A DNA stretch of 62,724 nt, the filler included, from Chiloscyllium plagiosum (Eukaryota), in assembly GCF_004010195.1 (NCBI RefSeq). It is 5 parts of one record of this genome, joined end to end, with 100 filler letters (N's around TTAATTAATTAA, not from the genome) between each part and the next. Parts side by side here need not be neighbours in the genome. Positions count along the whole stretch, not along the records: positions 18,509 to 47,495 come from NC_057712.1; 4 more parts are not named here. One strand, written 5' to 3'. Below are positions 25,012 through 35,597 of the stretch, piece by piece. The notes under the pieces were generated by a model that did not search any database, was not told where the DNA came from, and saw only the letters and a program-made list of their open reading frames with translations. The first letter of the stretch is position 1. Every line of letters begins with the position of its first letter. The position numbers were made by a program, and so were the translations under genes.

Positions 25012-25635
25012 CAGCATAGAATCATTTAGTTGTATAGCACAGAAACAGACCTTCTGTCCAACTCATCCATGCCAACCAGGATTTCCCAAATAATTTAGTC
25101 CCATTTACCAGCACTTGACCTATATCCTTCTAAACCTTCCTATTCATATACCCATCCAGATGCCTTTTAAATGTTGCAATTGTACCAGCCTCCATCACTT
25201 CCTCTGGCAGCTCATGCCATACACACACCTCCATCTGCGTGAAAAAAGTTGTCCCTTTGATACCTTTTAAATCTTTCCCTCTTGCTTTAAACCTCTGCCC
25301 TCCAGTTCTGGACTCCACCACTCTGGGAAACAGACCTTGGCTTTTTGTCCTATCCACACCGCTCATGATTTTATAAACCTCCGTAAGGTCACCCCTCAGC
25401 ATCCAACACTCCAGGGGAACTAGCCCCAGCCTATTCAACTACTCCCTATAGCTCAAACCCTCCAACCCTGGCAACATCCTTGTAAATCTTTTCTGAACCC
25501 TTTCAAGTTTCACAACATTCTTCCTATAGCAGGGAGACCAGAATTGCACACAATATTCCAAAAATGACCTAACCAATGCCCTGTACAGCTGCAACATGAC
25601 CTCCCAACTCCTGTACTCAATGTACTGACCAATGC
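25012..25635 (-). mobile_element. CR1 LINE 3' fragment
   Basis: LRGDLTEVYKIMSG...TIATFKRHLDGYMNRK. Confidence 0.92.
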
Positions 25636-25679
25636 ATCTTCTCTAAATGGCTCACTTACATCATCCTCCTAAAGCACTA

Positions 25680-25851
25680 AGAGAAAGTAAGGACTACAGA
25701 TTCTGGAGATCAGAGTTGAAAAGTGTGGCTTTGGAAAAGCACAGCAGGTCAGGCAGCATCCGAGGAGCAGGAGAATCGACGTTTCAGCCATAAGCCCTTC
25801 ATACCTGACATTCCTGATGAAGGGCTTATGCCCAAAACATCGATTCTCCTG
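25680..25851. mobile_element. Head-to-head (palindromic) mini-PLE
   Basis: GCAGGAGAATCGACGTTTCAGCCATAAGCCCTTCAT, then a spacer, then ATGAAGGGCTTATGCCCAAAACATCGATTCTCCTGC as inverted arms. Confidence 0.8.
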
Positions 25852-26567
25852 CCCCTCAAGTACTCAGTCTTCCAGGTCTCTGCACTTCCCATTCACTCAC
25901 TCAGATTACCTCATCACCTGTCCTGCTCCTGCATCACTACTAACTGTTCTTCCAACTCATTCAATCTCTCTTTATGTCTCATTGCAGAAGAAACTGCTGT
26001 ACAGTAAAAGTCAAAGACTCAGAGGATCATTTCCCTTCTCTCTCATTAGACAGAGACAACTGGTGGTGAGTTTAACTTTGCGTATGTGATTGGGCAGGAC
26101 ATCATCCCTGGGCACACACTTCTCTGGTGCAAAGGTTTATTACAACTATTTGTCTTCCACTTAATGAATGGTGATCAAAACTTCATTAACATCCACATTC
26201 TGCCTCATAGCATGTAATTCTGGTGGGGGAAAATGTTTTAAGTGACCACTCAATCACTTTAGATGGTGTATTGAAGTCTGTTATGGGATTGCATGTTCAT
26301 TTAGCAGTGTATGTGAATTCATGGATCCCGAAGGCTGAACCGTGATGGGTGGGTGAGAAGGGTTTACCTCAGGATGTCTCTCAGACTGATAATGGTGATG
26401 GCAGAACTCATTGTGCAGCTCTCAAATCCCTGACCATGAAGGAAGTCGGGGAAGCTACTTTCCACAATGCTGGAACCCTGTGTGAATGAGTGCCTAATCT
26501 TTCCCTAATGTCTGACAGAATGCTGTCGTTTTTGAAGTGGGAGCAGCAGATCTTGTAAAGAGTTCAA

Positions 26568-26880
26568 GGGCGGCACGGTGGCACAGTGGTTAGCACTGCT
26601 GCCTCACAGTGCCTGAGATCCGGGTTCAATTCCCGCCTCAGGCGACTGACTGTGTGGAGTTTGCACGTTCTCCCCGTGTCTGCGTGGGTTTCCTCCGGGT
26701 GCTCCGGTTTCCTCCCACAATCCAAAAGATGTGCAGGGTCAGGTGAATTGGCCATGCTAAATTGCCCGTAGTGTTAGGTAAGGGGTAAATGTAGGGGTAT
26801 GGGTGGGTTTCGCTTCGGCGGGTCGGTGTGGACTTGTTGGGCCGAAGGGCCTGTTTCCACACTGTATTGTAATCTAATCT
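26568..26880 (+). mobile_element. HE1-type V-SINE, young full-length copy
   Basis: A-box TGGCACAGTGG, B-box GGTTCAATTCC, intact CpGs, V-domain, CR1-like 3' tail ending TAATCTAATCT. Confidence 0.93.
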
Positions 26881-28307
26881 ATAACTTGTATTGCACAACA
26901 GGGAAGGGGAATTCAGAACAATCAAAGAAGGTGCATTTAATTTTGTGACTAAACAGGACTAGTTGCTTTTCTCAGCAACATGAAATCTTCATTCAATGAA
27001 TGATGTCTTCATGCAACACAGATCTCTTAGAAGTAGGTATCATTTAAGTTCTTTATGTCTTGTTGCGCCCAGAATTGCTCTGTCAGGCTGAAAGTGATGT
27101 TCATCCCAGTCAATATTGTCATCTTTCTTCCAGAAAATTTTCTGCCAGTCTTCCAGTTCCCAGCATCCATTCTTCTTTGCCTATTTGAGTTAGTGTAACA
27201 CAGCCTGTCAGAATTACAAAGCACGCTCAGTCTGGAGTGAGCTGCAAGGCCCTACCAGATTGGAATAACTGTGACCCAGTCCTTCAACTAGACGGATACA
27301 AATTAAACCAAACACTCAACTGATCTTGGCTAAGCCTCTGGATGAGATCAGAAAACGTGTTGACTGAGTGTGATGGCCCCTCTTGTCTGAACATTAGCCC
27401 CCTTTCACTCAGTAAAGGACTAGTCCCCTCAGACTTGCAGACATGATATCTGGTTGAAGCAGATGCAGTGCATTGGAGTCGTTGTACAGTGCTGTGCTGT
27501 GACATGTCCACACCCTTCACTGCTCAGTGCTGGCAACCATGACAGGGCATCCAGGTTTTTGTTTGTGTTAAGAAGTGAGGCAGAGCAGAGATGCCGTGAG
27601 CTTGTAAGCTCTGAATGAAGTGGCAATGTACTAAAAGGCCAGGCAAGCCACGAGATGCTGTGAGTGTCTGAGGAAGCACAAAGTGAGTGAGTGCTAAGAA
27701 AGCAAGCAAAGAGACTGAGGTGGATCCTGTGCTGATGAACGAGATGCGACTAAATGACCTGCAGAGGCATTGGAATGTAAACTATTGGTGAGTTGCAAAG
27801 TGCAGTTCTGAAGTGGGTTTGGAGACAATCCCATTGAACATTTCATAATTCTCCTTGAAAAGTATGGTGGTCAATTTATGGACAATACAGTGCAGGACTA
27901 TTTCAACAATGACTGCAAATTGAATTCAGTAAGTGCAGAAGACGTTCATAGGATAATGCGGCTAACATAGCAGGACGGTATATTGGCATGCAGCAAAAAC
28001 ATCCAAAGTAAAATAAGATTTCTATGTACATTTCATTTGCTGGACATTTACTGGAACTAGCTGTCCAGGCTCGTTGCTGTCTAGCTGCAGTATTTTATTT
28101 TGCCGCTGTGCAACAATATGCACATTAATTTCTACCTTTACAACATACTAGAGAGTACTCAGATCATACCTGGGTCCTGATTTCATTGTACTAAAACATC
28201 TCTCTGATGTTAGGTTGGAAGCACATACAGAAGCTACTCCAGCTATAGCTGAGGGTTATGGTTTAATAATAGATGCCTTTACTCACCTTCAAAATGATGC
28301 AAAGACT

Positions 28308-28660
28308 TTTAGATTTAGATTTAGATTTTATTGTGATGCTTACTCAAAAATGGGGTACAAAAGTAGAGTGAAAAATGTACAATGTTGCCACGGTGTCATC
28401 TTCGGTACAAAGTCCCTAGGTACAAAAATGTAATTACAGAAGTAGAAAAATCAAGAAGTTAGTTAAAAGGTTCTGCATTACAGTCTTCTCACTATGAAAA
28501 TGGACAATCAAGAAATAAAATTAAAAAGTCAAGCATTGCAGTCCTTTCTTCAGCCATGGGCCTGTAGACGCTCCAAGCTGGGCTTTCCCCAAGAGGGCTC
28601 ACTCTCATGTGCACTGACCATGCTTTCCTGAGTGCGCCAGCCACCCTCACCGCCGGTCAC
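28308..28660 (-). mobile_element. 3' end of a non-autonomous retroposon with (TCTAAA)n tail, abutting the 33-bp minisatellite
   Basis: Minus strand ends ...CATCACAATAAAATCTAAATCTAAATCTAAA, a LINE-type microsatellite tail. Confidence 0.55.
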
Positions 28661-28664
28661 TCTA

Positions 28665-29945
28665 TCAGGTACACCAGGCCTCACTGCTGGTGTACCCAAC
28701 AGAGGGATCAGCGGTGAGGCCTAGTGTACCCAATGGAGGGAGTGGCAGTGAGGCCTGGTGTATCCAATGGAGGGCATGGTGGTGAGGCCTGGTGTACCCA
28801 ATGGAGGGAGCGGCAGTGAGGCCTGGTATACCTGATGGAGGGAGCAGGGGTGAGGCCTGGTGTAACCAATGGCGGAAGTGGCGGTGTAGTGCAGGCCTGA
28901 CCGCCGCTCCCTCTGTTCGGTACACCAGGCCTCACCACCACTCCCTCTATTGGGTGTATCAGGCCTCACCACTGCTCCCTCCATTGGGTACACCATGCCT
29001 CACCATCGTGCCCTCCATTGGATACACCAGGACTCACCACCGATCCCTCTATTGAATACACCAGGCCTCACTGCCACTCCGTCCATTGGATATACCAGGC
29101 CTCGCCACCAATCCTTCTATTGGTTACACCAGGCCACACTGCTGCTCCCTCCATCAGGTACACCAGGCCTCACCACCGATCCCTCCATTGGGTACGCCAG
29201 GCCTCACTGCTGCTCCCTCCATCAGGTACACCAGACCTCACCGCCGGTCCCTCTATTGGATATACCAGGCCTCACCACCGATCCCTCCATTGGGTACGCC
29301 AGGCCTCACTGCCGATCCCTCCATCAGGTAGACCAGACCTCACCGCCGGTCCCTCTATTGGATATACCAGGCCTCACCACCGATCCCTCCATTGGGTACA
29401 CCAGGGCTCACTGCCGATCCCTCCATTGGGTACACCAGGCCTCACTGCCGATCCCTCCATCAGGTACACCTGACCTCACCGCCGGTCCCTCTATTGGATA
29501 TTCCAGGCCTCACCACCAATCCCTCCATTGGGTACGCCAGGCCTCACTGCTGCTCCCTCCATCAGGAACACCAGACCACACCGCCGGTCCCTCCATTGGG
29601 TACGCCAGGCCTCACTGCTGCTCCCTCCATCAGGAACACCAGACCTCACCGCCGGTCCCTCTATTGGATATACCAGGCCTCACCACCGATCCCTCCATTG
29701 GGTACACCAGGCCTCACTGCTGCTCCCTCCATCAGGTACACCAGACCGCACCGCCAGTCCCTCCACTGGGTACACCAGGCCTCACTGCTGCTCCCCCCAT
29801 CAGGTACACCAGACCACACCGCCAGTCCCTCCATTGGATATTCCAGGCCTCACCGCCACTCCCTCCATTGGGTACACCAGGCCTCACCGCCACTCCCTCC
29901 ATTGGGTACACCAGGCCTCACTGCTTCTCCCTCCATTGGGTACAT
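28665..29945. repeat. 33-bp minisatellite (~38 units) with an internal inversion
   Basis: Consensus GGGTACACCAGGCCTCACYGCCGATCCCTCCATT-like; ~28689-28898 is in the opposite orientation. Confidence 0.95.
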
Positions 29946-30455
29946 TAGTCCTCATTGCAAAATAAATATCAATGATAGTGATGCAGCTAATGCCGGAGAA
30001 ACACTTGCTCTAAGAGACAAATTTTGAAGAAAATCCTTTCTATGATGGATTCACTTGAATCCAGCTTGAAGTAGAAACACATAGGAATTTGTTCTAGTTG
30101 ATTTAGATATCCTGGGGAAACAGCTATGTGGGATGCTCATAAGATCAATGTGGTGAACCTTGATGGTGACAAACAGCACTTCCATGTTAATATCAAGGAA
30201 AGTTATTCAGATAAAGGACATTTATACCACCATGTCAAAAATCAAGTCATTATTCATGATAAGATTCAGTTGACTTTCTGTCATGTAGAAACAATATTGT
30301 GGCTTTTTTGACAGTCTAACAATAATAAACTGCTCATAGGAAAGGAATCTTACATGGAGCTTAGCTGTTGCTTCAGACTCTTTCCACTCGTTATTTAGAG
30401 GCTTTTGCATTTTCTGTGCTGCTTTTGTCACAAAGCTGGTCCTCTTTCTAAAAGC

Positions 30456-31040
30456 TGTTCCTTTTCTCAAGGATACTGTGCCCTTGATTTTTTTTCAGAG
30501 GGGTCACAAAACAGCCTGGGCTCTGAATTGGCTGGATTGGTACAGAGATGAAAAGGGTATTGGGAGGCCTTTTTGTTTATGCCTAAACAGGTGAGACTTT
30601 AGGCCACAGCTTTCATATTTTAGCAGTGACCTGTATAATGAAAGGGGAGTGGTCAGTCCTAAAAGCTGAAGTCTTGTTTCAGTCAGTTCAGCAGTGGGCT
30701 GTGTAGAAGCACGCTGCTCTCTCCTTCTGCCCTTCTAACTTTGAACTGTAAGCCTTTGTTTCATTTTTGCTCTGTGTTTAAGGGGTTTGCTTATTGGGAC
30801 TGTTGTGTATTTTCAGAACAGCATAGTTAAGTCTAGTTCTGTGTGTATTCTATATTCTGTTCTTTGTGTTTCATTGTGTAATTTTGTGAATACACTTTTG
30901 TCTGTTTTAAAACCTGGTAGTCAACTTCGCTAACGTACTCCGGGTAATGTTCACTGTGCACTTACCAAAACAAATTGCAAAGTTACGGTCTGGGCTGCCT
31001 GCTTCAGAATGTTTTGAATAGTCTGGCCTAGTCCATAACA
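30456..31040 (+). mobile_element. Probable solo LTR
   Basis: About 580 bp, TG...ATAACA end, T-rich 3' part with a decayed polyA-like signal; TSD not identified. Confidence 0.45.
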
Positions 31041-34000
31041 CTTTGAATTTGCACCTAACAGTAACAAATTGTATATTTGATGCCTTCCTGAATAAAATTT
31101 CTAACAATTTATTTATTCACCCTGAGTTTGTTAGAGATGTTTGACATATCCAATGTGACTTAAGAACATCCCTAAAGCATTTCAGTATGGCTTTGAGTGA
31201 CCAGCACCATTACGCTAGCCTTGTTGGCTCAGGTGATAACTTTGCTGTTGAACTGCCCTTCCTTTGACTAGGATCAAAGAATCTTTCAAAGACACTGTTT
31301 GTGGTGCATTGAGAGGCTTGTGACAGATTATCTGAATCACTGGCTTTAAAGTGGCCTCTCTGGCTCACCTCCTGCAACAAAACAAAGACATAGGGATCTA
31401 ATGTAATCCAAAGAATCAGCCTCCTGAAGGGGACTGTATCCTATAGTATCCACCCCAACAAGTCCTTGCAAAGGAAAGCAATTCCTTCAAAAGGAAATCT
31501 GTGTCCATCATCATATGTTTATCCTTCACAGAGCTTAAAATGGCCTCTTTGCCGATTCTAATGTAATGCAGACATACTGGGCTAGAAAGGTTTAAATCAA
31601 CTTGAAAGTCAAGAAATGAAATTTTACTGCACCTGAATGACCAGCCCAGGCTTCAACCTCTTTCTTGCAAATACAAGACTTGCTGAGTTGGATGGGGTTC
31701 TTCATTCCTTTACTTCAGGGTGGTTCTCTTGGTTGTGAGCAAATGCTCACTGTCACCTTCACTTTAGTATAGTACCAGCCAGGTATGGGAATCTGACGGT
31801 CAGGAATCATATTATGATGCAGCACGAAATGAGCTACACAACAGATGGAAAGCAATAATGTGTAATGATGATACAAAACAAGGTAAAACAGTGTCAAATA
31901 AAAATTGAAGACTCAAGTCAGGAACATTAGCCCCAAATCTGCATTAGTTTAAAGTGGAATGGCTTAAACTGGGCCACTTATAAAGGGGAATTAGTGTAAT
32001 TTAATCTCCCAATGCTATTTCCTTCTCTTTAACCCTGTCCAATCTGAACACTTTTCCCCACAATACCTTTAAGGCAGATCTTATTAGGATGCAGTATATC
32101 GATATTGTGATGTTACCTTGGACTCTATAATGCAAATTCCTCTCAACTTAATAAAAATAAGTGCACTCCTTATGGTGGGTATTCATAGCTTTCTAGACAT
32201 GTGATTTAGTCAAGAGATGAGCTACTGATTGCCAGCAAATCTTAAAAGGTTCATGATCATTCTCAGAGCTATTGTACAACTGCAGAGGATCATTGGTTAT
32301 AAGAAAGGGTTAATTTGTCTATGAGCTGTAATGGAACCAGACTGTGAACAAAACCCTTGTGAAAAATTAAACAGAAATGTAGAAAGGACCGTAAACCAGT
32401 AATTGGGACAATGGCTCTGGGTGGAAACATTGGTAAACAACAGATAAGGAAAGGAAAGGATAAAAGCAAAGCCTAGACTATAAAACATGATTACGTTAAT
32501 ACAAATACTCCAATAAACAACAGGAATGTTTATACTGATAGAAAATACAGCAGATCGTGCAAAATATGAGCATATTATGTTGCCAGCATAGCAATTTACA
32601 TGCCATCGGGAGCAAAAAATGTGACAGTAACGCAGAGAGACTGGGAATGTGTACTAAATAGTAATGTGGGGAGATGGCCATGAAATTCACTCAGAGCCAA
32701 ACCCACAGAGTCATAAAGTCTTTGAGGCCTACAGCATAGAAAAAGGCCCTTCAGCCCATCATCTCCAATACTAGTCAAAAACAATCATCTAACTTTTCTA
32801 ACCACCATGTGACTTGGTGACAGGCTAAAACCTATTGTAAGAAGAAGCTAATTGAAATCTCTGGGTAGAAGGGAATAGGGAGCTTCTCTGGCAGTGTACA
32901 AACCCTCAGTGTCTCAGAATCAGAAAATGATCTAAAATAGGGGCTGATGTGCAAATCATGGAAAAAGAACTGTTTCCAGGTTAGACAGTGCCTCGGTGAG
33001 GATGAATCCTCTGTTTGACAAAACAAAGCTCATACAGAGTTAGACACCAAAGAATCAAAAGTGGTTTCATTCACTGCTGGATGTCCATTTGGGTGAGCTC
33101 GGCAAAGTGAACGAAGGGGACTTTATCTAAAAAGGACACTGAAAGGTTCACCATGGAGAAGCAAGGTGAAGAGGCCATGTTAAAGTCAGGCGTAGCTTGG
33201 GGGACATAACGCAAGTCTGCAAATTCTAGTGAGCATGTTGCTGACCTGTTTCTACAGTTTCTTAAGGAAGGAATGCACCAGGTCTCTGACACTGGGAGGA
33301 TAGCTGGAAACCAGGGTGCTGTTGCACAGACCAGCACAGGAACAGCAGCCAGGTACACCAATGGGCTCAGAAGGATACACTGACATTATCAGTCCTGCGC
33401 TGGATTCGACATGCATACATCTGGCTGTCTCCAGCAGTTCATGAACTGCTATGAACAAGCAGATCTAGCACACCCAGTGTCAGTGATCTGTGTGAATGGA
33501 TCTGCATTCCATTGCATTATCCACAGTTGCTCAGCCTCAATGGCAAGGCAAAAGGAGAGCACTTTCCTCTCAAGGAGTCAGATGGTGGCAATAAGTACAC
33601 ACAGGGAGGCAAAGCGACACATGAAGCTTCGTCTCAGGACATCTCCAAGGGGCTTGGAGCTTTGACCTCCACGTTGCCTGCCATGCCAAAGCCTGCAGCA
33701 GTTCAAGCCAAAGAGGGTGAGCCAGCACCTAGACAGCAGGTGTGGCCAGGCCTGGGCTCTCTTGCCAACAGGGGATGGCCATCCTCTCTTGGCCAACAAG
33801 GGTAATGAAAGAACAGGGAACCACCATCCTTGCTGTAGAAATCAGGACTAAAACTTAGACATAGCAGAGAGAGAGAGGAAGAAAAAAAACTTAAAGAGGC
33901 CACAAAGGTAGACTTTTCATTTTATAAACGTTCACTTGCATTCTTAGAATGTCTGTTATAGTATAGCTATTGCTGCCTGGTTAAGTCACTTGCAGCCCAA

Positions 34001-34739
34001 CATTAATAAGGGATGATGTGATGGTCAAGCATTGCTCATCTCTCACACCTAAATGACTTTTTTTATAACAAAAAGCACCATGGACCGTAATGTTGAGGAC
34101 TGCAACCCAGGAGTTGCACTTTAATGTAGGCAACTCTGAGGCTAAATGTAATATTCAGGGGACTGCCCTGAGTACAAGCAACATCCTGCACTTACGTCAC
34201 GTTTCAGGAATCAGTGATGATTCCACACACCTCCACCGGAAAAAAACATTCATCTATATATGTTCAGTTTCGTCTATTTTCAAGAGTGTGCACTGCAATT
34301 CAAGGCTGAAAGACGTACACCTGTCATCCTTAGATTTCATTTCCAGGTTCATTAACTGAGTTCAAATTCAATCAGCTGCTGTGGTGGGATTTGAACCCAT
34401 ATTCCCAGAGCATTAGTTTGGGTCTTTGAATTAATAGTCCTGTGACACTGCCACTATGCCACTAACTCCTCCAAATTCAACTAACTCATGTGTGAAAAGC
34501 ACAATTAAGCAGTTCAGTTGATGAAATGATATTATTTTACACATGGGATGTACAACAATATACAATGGGATATATTCTTGTACAGAGTGGATGTCTACTA
34601 TGCAAGTAGACATGAGATTGGAGAAGTCAACTTCCATTACATGTTTGAACTGTATCTGGGAGTAACAGATGCCACTGAGTCAAGGAAGGTGTCTACAAAA
34701 GACACAAACTTATAATAAATAGACTTTAAGATTGAGAGA

Positions 34740-34990
34740 ATAAAAGCAAATTACTGCGGATGCTGGAATCTGAAACCAAAAAAGAGAAAATGCTGGAAAA
34801 TCTCAGCAAGTCTTGCAGCATCTGTAAGGAGAGAAAAGAGCTGACGTTTCGAGTCTAACTGACCCTTTGTCAAAGCCAAGCTTAGCTTTGACAAAGGGTC
34901 AGTTAGACTCGAAACGTCAGCTCTTTTCTCTCCTTACAGATGCTGCAAGACTTGCTGAGATTTTCCAGCATTTTCTTTTTTTTGGTTTCA
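34740..34990. mobile_element. Palindromic mini-PLE with 11-bp flanking direct repeat AGATTGAGAGA
   Basis: About 108-bp near-perfect inverted arms around an 8-bp spacer (34877-34884); direct repeats at 34729-34739 and 34990-35000. Confidence 0.88.
34884..34922 (+). ncRNA. Minimal type-I hammerhead ribozyme motif, U3-A8 variant (mirror copy on minus strand at 34839-34876)
   Basis: AGCU-UUGACAA-A-GGGUC(AGUUA)GACUC-GAAA-C-GUC^AGCU: stem I AGCU/AGCU, 5-bp stem II with one G-U, palindromic ACGU stem III. Confidence 0.7.
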
Positions 34991-35597
34991 GATTGAGAGA
35001 GTGCATTTTAAATTTGGGCATTTCAGAACTGTATCAAATCAGGCTATTTTGTTACATTACTGCCCATTCCATTCATTCTTCTTCCCAGATCCTTCTCTTA
35101 CCTTTTCCCAGGACAAGTTTACTCTGTTAACTTCTCACTCAGTTGGCCTCCAGCTTAAGTAGCCCTTTAGGGAAGAAAAACATAGCTGTTTCTGTGTGAC
35201 TGCCAAGTAATAACCACAGGTTGGCCAAGAGTTTTATATTTTAAATAGGTTTTTAGATATCCTGGGAGTGATAAAATGTACTCATTTAAATTTTTCTGCC
35301 GTTTTTAAAGAACTATAAGTTATGCTTATTTAAATCACTTAATCTTATGCATATTCAAACAGTTTGAGTCATGTGATTCTAAACCATTCACCTGATTAAT
35401 GGAATGTTGCAATGATTATAGAAGTTTAAAAATTACAATGAAATTAGTCAAACAAAAAAAACATTGTCTTGAATAGCATTGGTCTTCTGCTGAATTTACA
35501 ACAAACAATTGGGAAAACCACTGAAGACATTTCTGGTGCTGAACTTGGTACATAGGAATATAAGTGTCTTGAAATTTGACAGCATGATATTAGTATT

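Noticed and set aside
26568..26645. tRNA gene-like A/B boxes (also in other SINE heads)
   Set aside because: These are tRNA-derived SINE heads continuous with the V-domain and LINE tail, not free tRNA genes.
28950..29948. 332-aa and overlapping Pro/Thr/His-rich ORFs
   Set aside because: All frames are open because a stop-poor 33-bp unit is a multiple of 3. Frames interconvert, there are no splice signals, and the array contains an inversion.
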